Part shown: piece by piece, positions 16,968 to 26,492 of the stretch
How positions within the stretch are numbered: position 1 is the stretch's first letter
Layout of the letters: the number at the start of each line of letters is the position of its first letter
Assembly: GCA_023667365.1 (NCBI GenBank)
Contig: JAMPAG010000003.1
Coordinates: forward strand, 16,384 to 80,383
DNA length: 64,000 nucleotides
From: a bacterium
GTDB lineage: Bacteria > Bacillota > Clostridia > Lachnospirales > Lachnospiraceae
Reading direction: 5' to 3'
The notes under the pieces: model-generated
The model's input: the letters and a program-made list of their open reading frames with translations, nothing else
Told to the model about the DNA's origin: nothing
Database searches by the model: none
Made by a program: the position numbers and the translations under genes

Positions 16968-18368
16968 TTAATAGCTGAGCCACATACCGATCTCCCGGTA
17001 AGCGGGGAGCGCACGGATAAAGACCATGTAAAACGAACTTCCCGCCGCAATCAAAAACGCAAATGCGATCCCGATATTGACAAGCCCGGAGGGCAGACGT
17101 TTTCCGCGGACCTCCGCGCGGGAAAGGCGCCGTATGCCGCAGACCGTATAATACATGATGGGAATGAGCGCCGGCAGGATATAGCGTCCCTGATGCTGAT
17201 AATTCATCGTGTAGGCATAGCGGATCAGCACCACAAGGGGAAGCACCATGCACAATACCATATTCAAATGAAAAAACAACGTTTTTCCGTTTATGTGACG
17301 TTCCTTTTTCACAAGAAAGCACCCGAAACTCCACAGCCCGCCGATTATACCCGCGCCGAACAGCAGCTTGTAAGAAAGATACGTCCAGTAATTCCCGCGG
17401 ATGGACAGCGAGCCGAACGCAGCGATAAAGCTGTCATACAGACATTGAAAAAAATTGTTTTCCGACAGCATCTGAAAAAGACCGATCCCGCGCGCCTGAT
17501 AGGTATAGAGCGGACTCGTCTCCGGAAGCGCATACAGCAGCGCCAGCTGCTCCTTCGTCTTAAGTCCGAGAAAATCACCGTCCAGCACAATATACGCGCG
17601 CACGAACCACCAGCCCGCGCCGAGGATGACAAGGACGCTGACCAGCGCGCCGTAGGTAAACATCTTCTTGAAATCGCACCGCCATTTCCCTTGCTCTTTT
17701 CCCACATAATAAGCGGCAAAGAGCAGGACGGCGGACAAAATATAGCCGTAAGCATTATAATAAGAAAGCGCGCATAAAACGATCCCGACCGCAAGACAGA
17801 TACCGTTTTTGACCTGAAACCCTTCCTGATACCCCCACACCAAGGCATAAAGGATCATCGCCGTCGCGAGCAGACAGCAGGAATCCGTATTGACATAGGT
17901 GTGGACAAACAGGTTTTCCGGCAGATACATGACCGCCGCGCAGAAAAGCCATCGGAACCGCCGGTCCGCAAACAGGCGTTTTCCGAGCAGATACACAAAG
18001 ACCGCCATGATGCAGCCAAAAACGATGTTGACCGACCGCCCCGCATATAAAAGCGCAAGCTCCGAATCCGTAAACAGGCTGACAAAACGCATAAAATAGC
18101 CTTGAACAATATACGGCAGCGTGTTATACAGTCCGTACGAAAACCCGCATCCGGTAATCCGGACTTCTTCTTCCAGTCCGGTCGGCAGCGTGCCGTGATC
18201 GCAGATATACTTAGGAATCAGCATACGGAAATATTCATCGGGCGGGCTGACCGGAACTTCCGAGATCGTATCGACATGCGGCTGATAAACCGCCATCGGA
18301 ATTGCCAATAGCAGGAAACCTGCCAGATATAATAGAAAAAAAATACGTTCGGATTGCTTTTTTATCAT
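16968..18368 (-). CDS. GT-C-fold (ArnT/PMT-like) membrane glycosyltransferase candidate
   Basis: About 12 TM segments. The first extracytoplasmic loop carries PPDEYFRM (a DE-type motif as in GT-C enzymes). Start at MIKKQSERIFF (ATG 18368). Confidence 0.5.
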   Translation of the reverse strand: MIKKQSERIFFLLYLAGFLLLAIPMAVYQPHVDTISEVPVSPPDEYFRMLIPKYICDHGTLPTGLEEEVRITGCGFSYGLYNTLPYIVQGYFMRFVSLFTDSELALLYAGRSVNIVFGCIMAVFVYLLGKRLFADRRFRWLFCAAVMYLPENLFVHTYVNTDSCCLLATAMILYALVWGYQEGFQVKNGICLAVGIVLCALSYYNAYGYILSAVLLFAAYYVGKEQGKWRCDFKKMFTYGALVSVLVILGAGWWFVRAYIVLDGDFLGLKTKEQLALLYALPETSPLYTYQARGIGLFQMLSENNFFQCLYDSFIAAFGSLSIRGNYWTYLSYKLLFGAGIIGGLWSFGCFLVKKERHINGKTLFFHLNMVLCMVLPLVVLIRYAYTMNYQHQGRYILPALIPIMYYTVCGIRRLSRAEVRGKRLPSGLVNIGIAFAFLIAAGSSFYMVFIRALPAYREIGMWLSY

Positions 18369-18479
18369 GCCCGCTCTGTGCTCCATTCCTCTTTTTTCGT
18401 CTCACGCCGCTCCTTCGATCCGTCTGCGGCAACAATCTGATTATAACAATCCTTGTCCCACAATGCAATGCACAAAACA

Positions 18480-18508
18480 TTGACTGCAAAAATGAACTGC
18501 GTTATAAT
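18480..18508 (+). promoter_or_regulatory. Consensus-like sigma-A promoter for the DUF3048 lipoprotein gene
   Basis: TTGACT-17 nt-TATAAT, with a ~100-nt leader before ATG 18613. Confidence 0.6.
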
Positions 18509-18612
18509 AAGGCTGTGTGCGGTCAGGCTCTGCCAGCCCTTCATGGGTACGCTACAGATTTGGGCGGTTCCGCCGTACACGGCGGCTATGAACCAGGAAA
18601 AGAGGAGACATT

Positions 18613-19773
18613 ATGAGAAAACGGATCAGTAAAAAAACAACTGCCCTATTCCTTGCCATGACCATGGCGGCAGCCCTCATGACGGGATGCGGCAAAAAAG
18701 AGGACACGCCTCCGGAGGATTCGACTCCGAATATCGTCATTCCGTCCGATCCCGAACTTGATGACGAGCCGGCGCCGGACGACAATGACGTTTCGGATAC
18801 CGAGCCGGAAGAACCCGTGGAAGAAGAAGTCCGCGAGGGTATGTATCGCAGCGAGCTTACCAATGAATGGATCGATGAGGAGCTGAAAGATCAGCGTCCC
18901 GTGGCGATCATGGTGGATAACGAGTCCATTGCGCTTCCGCATTACGGTCTGACGGAAGCGGATATTGTATATGAGATCATGAACAGTACGGCAAACAACC
19001 GGGTTACCCGTTTGATGGCGGTTGTAAAGGACTGGGGCGCTATCGAACAGTTCGGCAGTATCCGCAGTACCAGACAGACAAACATCATGCTTGCCGCAGA
19101 GTGGAACGCCGTGCTCTGCCATGACGGCGGTCCTTTCTATATCGACGAGTGGATTGCCAGAAACTACTCCGCGAATTTCAGCGGCGGTTTCACGCGCGTA
19201 AACAACGGCAAGGCATATGAATTTACCGAATATATCTGTGCGGGCGATTTGGAAGAACGGTTCAGCAATTCGCGCTATACGACCGAATACAACGACTATT
19301 ATCCGGGACCGCATTATCAGTTTTCCAATACAGAACTGGATCTGTCCGGGAACGACGACGCTTTTGCCTGTACGGAGGTTGATCTCAGTTCCGTATTCCC
19401 GCACAACAGTTCCAAACTGGTGTATAACGAAGAAACCGGAACCTATGATTATTTTGAATACGGGGAACCGCACCTTGATCCGCAGCATGATGACGCACAG
19501 CTGACCTTCAAGAATCTGCTGCTGCAGGATACCACATTTTCACAGCTGGATCCGAACGGATACCTGATCTACAACGCGATCGATACCTCGAAGCGCTCCG
19601 CTTACTATATTACAAACGGACAGGCAGTCGAGGTTGTATGGACAAAAGAATCCGAGTCTGCCCCGACCAGATATTTTGATAAGCAGACCGGCGAAGAAAT
19701 CGAGCTCAACACCGGAAAAACCTATGTTGCGCTGGTTCCCAGCGATTCATGGAATAAGATTGATCTGCAATAA
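18613..19773 (+). CDS. DUF3048 (YerB-like) lipoprotein
   Basis: Lipobox LMTGC. RPVAIMVDNESIALPHYGLTEADIVYEIM matches the conserved DUF3048 core. GAGGAG RBS, own promoter (18480-18508) and terminator. Confidence 0.8.
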   Translation: MRKRISKKTTALFLAMTMAAALMTGCGKKEDTPPEDSTPNIVIPSDPELDDEPAPDDNDVSDTEPEEPVEEEVREGMYRSELTNEWIDEELKDQRPVAIMVDNESIALPHYGLTEADIVYEIMNSTANNRVTRLMAVVKDWGAIEQFGSIRSTRQTNIMLAAEWNAVLCHDGGPFYIDEWIARNYSANFSGGFTRVNNGKAYEFTEYICAGDLEERFSNSRYTTEYNDYYPGPHYQFSNTELDLSGNDDAFACTEVDLSSVFPHNSSKLVYNEETGTYDYFEYGEPHLDPQHDDAQLTFKNLLLQDTTFSQLDPNGYLIYNAIDTSKRSAYYITNGQAVEVVWTKESESAPTRYFDKQTGEEIELNTGKTYVALVPSDSWNKIDLQ

Positions 19774-19796
19774 AAAAGGACGCGAGGCGTCCTTTT
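19774..19796. terminator. Bidirectional terminator between the DUF3048 gene (+) and rfbD (-)
   Basis: AAAAGGACGC gag GCGTCCTTTT, flanked by an A-run and a T-run. Confidence 0.7.
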
Positions 19797-19819
19797 GGAC
19801 TACGAATTTCCCAAGACAG

Positions 19820-19863
19820 CAAGAGAGCCTGCGGTTTACACCGCAGGCTCTCTTGTTCTTTTT
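19820..19863 (+). terminator. Second strong hairpin terminator (15-bp perfect stem + T-run on the plus strand)
   Basis: CAAGAGAGCCTGCGG tttaca CCGCAGGCTCTCTTG TTCTTTTT. Confidence 0.65.
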
Positions 19864-19885
19864 ATCCCCGGTTCAAAGCAAGATG

Positions 19886-20734
19886 TCAGCACTTCCCGAT
19901 ATATGCCGCGATCGCGTCCTTCCAATGGGCAAACCGGAAATCGGTCGTCATGCGCAGCATATAGTTATCAAGCATCGAATAGGCGGGACGCTTCGCGGGC
20001 GACGGATATTCCGCCGTCGTGATATACTCCACCTGCGTACTCTTTCCCGCAAGCCGGAAGATCTCCGACGTGAATTCCGCCCAGGAACAGCTTCCCTCGC
20101 AGGTGCCGTGGAACAGCCCATAATTGTCCGTCGGCAAAAGATAGGCGATCGCCGCCGCCAGTTCGTCGGCGCTGGTCGGATTTCCGATCTGATCCTTTAC
20201 CACATGCACCTTCTCATTCGTCTCGGAAAGTTTCAGCATTGTGCGGACAAAATTTTTCCCCTCCCCATACAGCCACGCCGTACGGATGATAAAATAACGG
20301 TCCGCGAAATCACGCACAAACTGTTCTCCCGCAAGCTTGCCGCTTCCGTAGGCGCTCACCGGTCCCACCGCGTCAAACTCGTTCAGCTCCCGGTTCTCCG
20401 TACCCGGAAACACATAATCCGTCGATACCTGGACAAGCTTTGCCCCCGTCTGTGACGCTGCGATCGCTAAGTTGCGCGGACCGATCGCGTTGATGCGGAA
20501 TGCCAGATCTTTTTCGGACTCGCACTTATTGACGTCCGTATACGCCGCGCAGTTTATGATCGCATAGGGTTTCACCTCACGCGCAAACCGCATGACTGCA
20601 TCCACATCCGTAATGTCCAGTTCCCCCACATCCGTGTTCACACATTCATATTCCGCGCTCGTCTCATACAGCCGGTTCATCGCATGTCCAAGCTGCCCGT
20701 TACAGCCCGTGATAATGATCTTTTTCATTTTCAT
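19886..20734 (-). CDS. rfbD: dTDP-4-dehydrorhamnose reductase
   Basis: MKMKKIIITGCNGQLGHAM..., VSTDYVF, YGSGKLAGE (YxxxK), PAKRPAYSMLD. No rmlA/B/C in the window. Confidence 0.88.
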   Translation of the reverse strand: MKMKKIIITGCNGQLGHAMNRLYETSAEYECVNTDVGELDITDVDAVMRFAREVKPYAIINCAAYTDVNKCESEKDLAFRINAIGPRNLAIAASQTGAKLVQVSTDYVFPGTENRELNEFDAVGPVSAYGSGKLAGEQFVRDFADRYFIIRTAWLYGEGKNFVRTMLKLSETNEKVHVVKDQIGNPTSADELAAAIAYLLPTDNYGLFHGTCEGSCSWAEFTSEIFRLAGKSTQVEYITTAEYPSPAKRPAYSMLDNYMLRMTTDFRFAHWKDAIAAYIGKC

Positions 20735-20763
20735 TTCATTCCTTTCTTACTTTTATGATACCC

Positions 20764-20821
20764 ATAGGCGATTGCGAAAAGCAGTCAATTGCGTTCACGA
20801 TTGCTTTTCGCAATCGCCTAT
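20764..20821. repeat. 20-bp perfect inverted repeat with an 18-nt spacer, overlapping the wzx stop codon
   Basis: ATAGGCGATTGCGAAAAGCA gtcaattgcgttcacgat TGCTTTTCGCAATCGCCTAT. No U-tract on either strand. Confidence 0.8.
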
Positions 20822-22347
20822 TTCTTACTTCTAAGCTGCCCGATCATGGCAAATCCAAGCTTTTTTAAGTAAGCAAATTCCTCGCTGTTCCTATATGCAA
20901 GATAATACCCCACATTCGGGATGCTCATGCAAAAAAGCACTTTCACCGCCAATGCGCCGATACCGCCGAAGGGCAGCAGACCGGATAACCATACGATCAG
21001 CGCGAACAACGCCGCCGTTAAGAGCGCCGCCTTTGCATATCCCAGAAAATAACGGCGCACCGGCATGGAAAACGCCTGCCTGTATATGAGACAGGGATCG
21101 TACCACCATGTCGTCAGAAGCCAGCTTATGATCGTGCCTGCGATCACGCCTGCAAGCCCGATATACCGCACAAGCACGATCGAGATCACAATATTGAGAA
21201 CCGCGGTCGCCACAGGGCGCGCCTTCCCTTTCCAAAACAGCCCGCAGGCATCGCGATAAATAAAGGACGTCCGCTGAAACCCGTTGATCATAAAATAGAG
21301 TACCTGCAAAAACACAAGCTCCCACGAGAACACACGGGATGTGCCAAAGCAGAGACGGATGAGGGGATTCAGGCAGACGAACATACCGATCCCCAGCAAT
21401 GTATACACCCAATAACAAAGCAATTGGATGCAGCGGAATACAAACTCGTTATGCTCTCTGGTATCCTCTGCATAATAGTTACCGACCGTCGCCGTCACCC
21501 CGCCGAACAACTGCATCGCCACCTGTGAGACGCCGGAAATGATCAACTGATAATTCCCGTATAACGCCACCGTCTTCACATTGATAAAGGCGGAAATGAC
21601 AAGGTTATCCGTGGAATTGACGACCGTCGTGTTCATCTTAAAAAGGGACATCCCCGATACGTCGCGGAACAGACTTTTCTTTTCTTCCTTTGTCAGCCTG
21701 CGGTACGTCCGCTCTTTCAGGTAAGGATACCGCCGGTCCACCTCCCGCGCCGAAAACAGATTCACAAGGACCGCGGCAAACAGCCCGATCACCGAGTAGA
21801 GCATAAAATTCCGGAACATTGCAAGCGTCACGAGCTGCAGCACGGTGACGATCACATTTGCGAGCACATGATAAAAGCGCACGATGTAAAGCTTCTGATC
21901 CGCCTGTAACAAAATCGCCTTATACGCCCAAAACCAATAGGACGCCGCCGATTGCAGCACATACAGCATATAGATTACGCGGACATCCACAAGCCCGGTC
22001 GTCCCCGTCATCAGCCATGGCAAAAAAGGAAGCAGCGCCGCGCCCAACACGACAACTACCCAGCCGATGACAAAATAGGCCCTGCGAAAATAGCGCATGA
22101 CCGATTTCACCGTTTCCCGGTCGCCCCCCGCGAGCGGCTGATACAGCCGGAAACAGACCGCCGTGGACAATCCTAATTCCGTCAGGCTCAAAATGGACAG
22201 AATATTCGTGAACAGACTGGAAATCCCCAGGTATTCGTCGCTTAAAAAACGAATGAATACGACACGCCCGATAAACTGCAGCAGACCGACGAGCAAAGTT
22301 CCCAAACCGCCCGCGAGCGTGTTCACGACCGCATTTCTACTCCTCAT
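20818..22347 (-). CDS. wzx: Oligosaccharide-unit flippase (Wzx, MOP superfamily)
   Basis: 509 aa, about 14 TM segments, N-terminal NTLAGGLGTLLVGLLQFIGRVVFIRFLSDEYLGISSLF typical of the Polysacc_synt family. Start overlaps the stop of the upstream gene. Confidence 0.8.
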   Translation of the reverse strand: MRSRNAVVNTLAGGLGTLLVGLLQFIGRVVFIRFLSDEYLGISSLFTNILSILSLTELGLSTAVCFRLYQPLAGGDRETVKSVMRYFRRAYFVIGWVVVVLGAALLPFLPWLMTGTTGLVDVRVIYMLYVLQSAASYWFWAYKAILLQADQKLYIVRFYHVLANVIVTVLQLVTLAMFRNFMLYSVIGLFAAVLVNLFSAREVDRRYPYLKERTYRRLTKEEKKSLFRDVSGMSLFKMNTTVVNSTDNLVISAFINVKTVALYGNYQLIISGVSQVAMQLFGGVTATVGNYYAEDTREHNEFVFRCIQLLCYWVYTLLGIGMFVCLNPLIRLCFGTSRVFSWELVFLQVLYFMINGFQRTSFIYRDACGLFWKGKARPVATAVLNIVISIVLVRYIGLAGVIAGTIISWLLTTWWYDPCLIYRQAFSMPVRRYFLGYAKAALLTAALFALIVWLSGLLPFGGIGALAVKVLFCMSIPNVGYYLAYRNSEEFAYLKKLGFAMIGQLRSKK

Positions 22348-24797
22348 AATCCTATTTTCTCCCGCAGCGCGTCCTGATACATCTGTTTCTTTTTTTCCTT
22401 ACTGTATTTCGGTATCATGTTGTAGAGTGCGAGCTCGCCAAGCGCATAATCCATCAGTGCGTATGAAAAATCCTTGTCGTTGACCACTTCGTCCGGCAGG
22501 TCCACCTTTTCTCCATCTTTCGTACAGGCGAACGCCTTTTCCCATTCGGCATGCTGCGACTCGCAGATTTCCTCCGCAGACGCCGGCGCCGTCACAAACG
22601 CATCCTCGCAGTGTTCCCACGCCGCCGTACCGCGGTCCGTATAGAGCAGTACGCTGCTCGTTCCCTTTTTGTCACTGTTTTTTCCTGTATAATTGTCGCC
22701 GACGGAAATATCCGCCTGCCGGTTGAATTTATCGTCGCATTCCACACAGCGGCGCAGCGTAAAGAAATCCTTGACACACATGCGCTCTTTCGCGCTGACG
22801 TCCATACTGCTCCCGTCCTCAAAGACAAAGCGCATATCTCCCGGCCAGCCGCCCGCGCGCTTATCCCTGAAATAAATATCCCTGATCTGCCCGGATTCCT
22901 TGATTCTTTTGGGATAACGCGTCCTGAAATAATCGTAAAAAGAATATGTCAGCGCGCGGTCGCAGAACAGCCCGATAATCAGCACATGCTCCCGGTCCGC
23001 GCCGGAAAGCTTCATCGCTTCCAAAAGCCCATAGACAGCGCAGGCGCAACCCACAAAAATACTGCGTTTTTCAGGGTGCGCAAGGATTCCGCTCACCGCG
23101 TTCTGATGTGACACCGGAACATAGCGCGATTTCTGTGTCGTGCTTAAGTCCTCACCCGGCAGAAATTCTCTTGTGCTGAGCTGGTACTCATCGTCAAAGC
23201 CCTCGACAAGATACGCATTGTCATACACGCCGTCCCGCAAAAGCCTGTCCACCATAGCCGTCACAACGCCGCCGCTCGTCGCCCGCATCAGAAGCTCCTC
23301 GTCCTTTGCCTGCGCAGTCAGCGCACGGTGCGGCATTGCGGCGGGGATTCTGTGCGTGCGTGCCAGACCGTAACATACGCGGACACACCTTCCGCAATGA
23401 ATGCACAATTTTCTGTCCACGATCGGCAGATAATATCCGGACCTCCGTTCAAAATGAATACACTCCGCCGGACAGACCACGGCACAGATCCTACAGCAGA
23501 CACACTCCCTTTCATCCTCGACATTGCACACGTCCTCGTCTTCATCCTTCCTGATTCCGCTCGATTTTTGGGACCGGTCGATAATATCAAATACATTCCC
23601 TCTTTGCAGCTTTACAAGCTTCTCCCCGATTTTGACCGCCTCGTCCGCATAACGCTCTTCCATGCGCGCGATCGGCTCATCTATCGCATCCGGCTGCTGC
23701 GTTCTGACATCAATTTCATATTTCTGTTGATCAAACAGCTTTAACAGCTCCTGATATTTGACCGCCCAGCCCGGTACGATGCAGGGCGTTCCTTCCTTAT
23801 AGGCATGAACGACCGCATGATAGCGGGAGGCTATCAGATAATCGAAGCGCGCCGCGAGTGCGCTATAGGCAAAACAGTCCATTTCCTCTTCCAGCAGCAC
23901 GACCCGCCGGTCTTTTTCATAAAATGATTTGATCCGTCGGCAGACGTCCCGGTCCTGCACCGCATGACGGATGATATACACCGTCCTTCCCATTTCCAAA
24001 AACTTCTCGATCGCCCTGCGGTACAACGCATCCATCTGCCCTGCCCCGCCATACCGGTCGTTGCGCACGTTCGGCACAATGCCGACACTGTGCGGCGCAA
24101 TCTCCGGGATTTCCGGCTCCTCCGCATACCAATTGCGCGCCAGAACGGTATCCGGCACCACTTCTTCCCCACGCGGACGCGGCGGACACCTGAAAAGCTC
24201 TCTTCGATCCACTCCGCGATTTGTCAGAACAATATCCGGCGCATACCGAACCAAGGGCATGTCATAATATCGCCTGAGCAGTTCACACCCCTGCTGCTCC
24301 CTGCCAAACAGCATTCTTGCCTTGAGAAGCCACGGCCGCATATAGCGGTCCGCTATTTTTTTCCGGATCCCCTTCCACTCAAACGGTCCGAAAGACTGCG
24401 GCATGAAATAGATCGGGCAACACATTCTTATCGCCATCGGAACACGGTACGCCGCGAGCAGATTTGCCAAAAGCCCCCAATTCGATCCAAACGTATATCC
24501 GCTGACGTCAATGATCATATCCGTATGTTTTCGGATATATGCCGCATCCCCGTGCCTGTCCAGCCTGCCGTAACGATGCTGCAGCAGCTTATATTTCCAC
24601 CCGTATATGCATACGCCGTCCCGAAACAAAAATTTATATTTTGCCAGCTCCCCGTCGCTTCTTGCGGCGTCCACATCGGAAATGACGACGACTTCCTTGT
24701 CCGGGAAACGCCGTTTCACTTCGTCTACCGCTACAAAGACCATCGCCTGTGCGCCTTTATTGATCAGGTTTCCCCCTGTGATCAGAACGTATCCCAT
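22344..24797 (-). CDS. Fusion protein: polysaccharide pyruvyl transferase (N) + 2x[4Fe-4S] ferredoxin + coenzyme F420 hydrogenase/dehydrogenase beta-subunit-like (FrhB) domains (C)
   Basis: N-terminal MGYVLITGGNLINKGAQAMVFVAVDEVKRRF...ASRYHAVVHA (PS_pyruv_trans-like). Middle CVCCRICAVVCPAEC...CIHCGRCVRVC. C-terminal ATSGGVVTAMVDRLLRDG...FVGCACAVYGL...GLFCDR...RCVECDDKFNRQADISVGD (FrhB_FdhB N and C domains). GGAGGG RBS. Confidence 0.8.
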   Translation of the reverse strand: MGYVLITGGNLINKGAQAMVFVAVDEVKRRFPDKEVVVISDVDAARSDGELAKYKFLFRDGVCIYGWKYKLLQHRYGRLDRHGDAAYIRKHTDMIIDVSGYTFGSNWGLLANLLAAYRVPMAIRMCCPIYFMPQSFGPFEWKGIRKKIADRYMRPWLLKARMLFGREQQGCELLRRYYDMPLVRYAPDIVLTNRGVDRRELFRCPPRPRGEEVVPDTVLARNWYAEEPEIPEIAPHSVGIVPNVRNDRYGGAGQMDALYRRAIEKFLEMGRTVYIIRHAVQDRDVCRRIKSFYEKDRRVVLLEEEMDCFAYSALAARFDYLIASRYHAVVHAYKEGTPCIVPGWAVKYQELLKLFDQQKYEIDVRTQQPDAIDEPIARMEERYADEAVKIGEKLVKLQRGNVFDIIDRSQKSSGIRKDEDEDVCNVEDERECVCCRICAVVCPAECIHFERRSGYYLPIVDRKLCIHCGRCVRVCYGLARTHRIPAAMPHRALTAQAKDEELLMRATSGGVVTAMVDRLLRDGVYDNAYLVEGFDDEYQLSTREFLPGEDLSTTQKSRYVPVSHQNAVSGILAHPEKRSIFVGCACAVYGLLEAMKLSGADREHVLIIGLFCDRALTYSFYDYFRTRYPKRIKESGQIRDIYFRDKRAGGWPGDMRFVFEDGSSMDVSAKERMCVKDFFTLRRCVECDDKFNRQADISVGDNYTGKNSDKKGTSSVLLYTDRGTAAWEHCEDAFVTAPASAEEICESQHAEWEKAFACTKDGEKVDLPDEVVNDKDFSYALMDYALGELALYNMIPKYSKEKKKQMYQDALREKIGL

Positions 24798-24812
24798 AAA
24801 CGCCCTCCATTC

Positions 24813-26081
24813 TTACTCCGCTTTGCCCGTCAGCGCGGTGTAAATCCGCTCAACTGCCACGGTATTGTGCTGTGCGGTAAAATATTCTTTTGCATAGCGG
24901 TATGCCTCTGCGCCCATGCGCGCGATCTCCTGCGGCTGTTCCAAAAAATAACGCATTTTCTCCGCCAGCGCCGCCGCATTCCCGCTCTCAAATAAAAGTC
25001 CGTTCTGCCCGTCACGAATCAGTTCGGGCGTTGCCCCGCTGTCCGCACCGATGACCGGATTGGAGGAAAGCATGGCTTCCGCCGTCACTCTCCCGAACGC
25101 CTCCATACCGGAACAGACAAGCTCCACATCTGTCTTTTTTCTGAGCGCCGCCATATCGGACACATGCCCCGCGAACGTAACGATCCCTTCCGGCAGCTTC
25201 CCTGCCTGCACTTTCAGGCGCTCCTCAAACGCCTTTGAGGAGCGCAGTGCGGACGCCGCCCCCGCGATCACGAGCCGCACACCGCAAAAACCCTGCGCAA
25301 GCAGAAGCCTGCACGCTTCCACTGCAAGCTCCTGATGCTTGCCTTCATGGAAATTGCCCGCAATGAGAAAGGTGATTATCGATGCCTCATCCGTCCGGCT
25401 CCGTCCGTCCATTCCCGATAAGCGCCGTATTCCTGTCCCGGACTGCATATCTGTCATCCGGCACGGTTTCCCGCTCTCTCCTTCGGGATACTTCTCATAT
25501 ATCCATTTTTCGGAAATGCCGTTATAGACCACCGTGCAGTGTGTATCCGGTATTTCCTGCTCATAATACCGGCGCAGACATTGCGAAATGAATACGATCT
25601 TCCCCGGAACCTGCACGGCGCGGCGCGCGCTTTCCTGTTTTCCCCGCAAATACATTAAATCGTAATCCAGATCGCCGAACTCGCGGAAGTGCCACACATG
25701 CGGCAGTCCGCACAGCTTTGCCGCGCGTGCGCCGACATCAATCGCGCTGGAGTTCGAATGAATCAACTGCGCATGTCTTTTCTCCGCCGTCAGCGCGATC
25801 CGCCGCACCGCACAGGGCTCCGTCAGATACAGCCCGCGAAACAGCAGTTTCATCAAGGGATTCCATGCCTTCGGCATCATCCACCAGCCGAAAAATATTT
25901 TTTTCACAGGAATGTCCTGTTCTTTCAGCGCGCGGTAAACCTGCCCCGACCGAAAAGGAACAATCACAGTCACCGTATGTCCGCGGCGCTTCATGTCCGC
26001 CGCCATCGTGACGAGTGATTTCGATGCGCCGCCCAGATTCCGTTCATGTGCCACATACAGGATATTCATTTCAGCCGTCAT
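24813..26081 (-). CDS. Family 4 (GT-B, Glycos_transf_1) glycosyltransferase
   Basis: Start at MTAEMNILYVAHERNLGGASKSL (ATG 26081). EAFGRVTAEAMLSSNPVIGADSGATPELIRDGQNGLLFE is the EX7E region. The 98 upstream codons of the track ORF overlap the DUF2304 gene. Confidence 0.85.
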   Translation of the reverse strand: MTAEMNILYVAHERNLGGASKSLVTMAADMKRRGHTVTVIVPFRSGQVYRALKEQDIPVKKIFFGWWMMPKAWNPLMKLLFRGLYLTEPCAVRRIALTAEKRHAQLIHSNSSAIDVGARAAKLCGLPHVWHFREFGDLDYDLMYLRGKQESARRAVQVPGKIVFISQCLRRYYEQEIPDTHCTVVYNGISEKWIYEKYPEGESGKPCRMTDMQSGTGIRRLSGMDGRSRTDEASIITFLIAGNFHEGKHQELAVEACRLLLAQGFCGVRLVIAGAASALRSSKAFEERLKVQAGKLPEGIVTFAGHVSDMAALRKKTDVELVCSGMEAFGRVTAEAMLSSNPVIGADSGATPELIRDGQNGLLFESGNAAALAEKMRYFLEQPQEIARMGAEAYRYAKEYFTAQHNTVAVERIYTALTGKAE

Positions 26082-26101
26082 GTCCTTTCCGTACGCTCTC
26101 T

Positions 26102-26479
26102 TTATGCTCCCTTTCCGCTTTCCCGGTCCCTGTCCCCGCCTTCCAGCCGACGGATCCGCTCCTCGCAGAGCGCCACGGCCTGCACAAGCTGTTTGATCCG
26201 TTCCGACTGCCGCGACACAATGACCGTCAGCGCAAAAATCAGGCAGACTGAAAATAAGAATGCCGCCAGATACAACGCGTTGACCGGCGTCGCAATGCCG
26301 AGCAGATCGGCAAGCACGGACAACAGCTTTGGAAAACAGTCCACGATCAGCGCCGCAAAGGACACCGCCAGCCACGGCAGCGCATATTTCAGTTCCATTC
26401 TTCTTTTACGGATCAGGCGGATGATATACAGCATCCCCAGCAGCAGAACCGCCGCGCCGATCAATTGCAATTTCACCAT
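26102..26479 (-). CDS. DUF2304 small membrane protein
   Basis: MVKLQLIGAAVLLLGMLYIIRLIRKRRMELKYALPWL...LLGIATPVNALYLAAFLF...SERIKQLVQAVALCEERIRRLE is the typical DUF2304 pattern. AAGGAG RBS. Lies directly downstream of a soluble GT2, as usual for this family. Confidence 0.8.
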   Translation of the reverse strand: MVKLQLIGAAVLLLGMLYIIRLIRKRRMELKYALPWLAVSFAALIVDCFPKLLSVLADLLGIATPVNALYLAAFLFSVCLIFALTVIVSRQSERIKQLVQAVALCEERIRRLEGGDRDRESGKGA

Positions 26480-26492
26480 GTCCAGCTTCTCC

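Noticed and set aside
26082-26375. 98-codon N-terminal extension of the GT4 ORF (the track ORF is 24813-26375). Similar long upstream extensions occur on glmM, uvrB, thiI, the cysteine desulfurase, ruvX, ireB and the GtrB-like gene.
   Set aside because: The extensions overlap the preceding gene or intergenic hairpins, have odd composition, and are followed by an internal start with a good RBS that matches the canonical family N-terminus.
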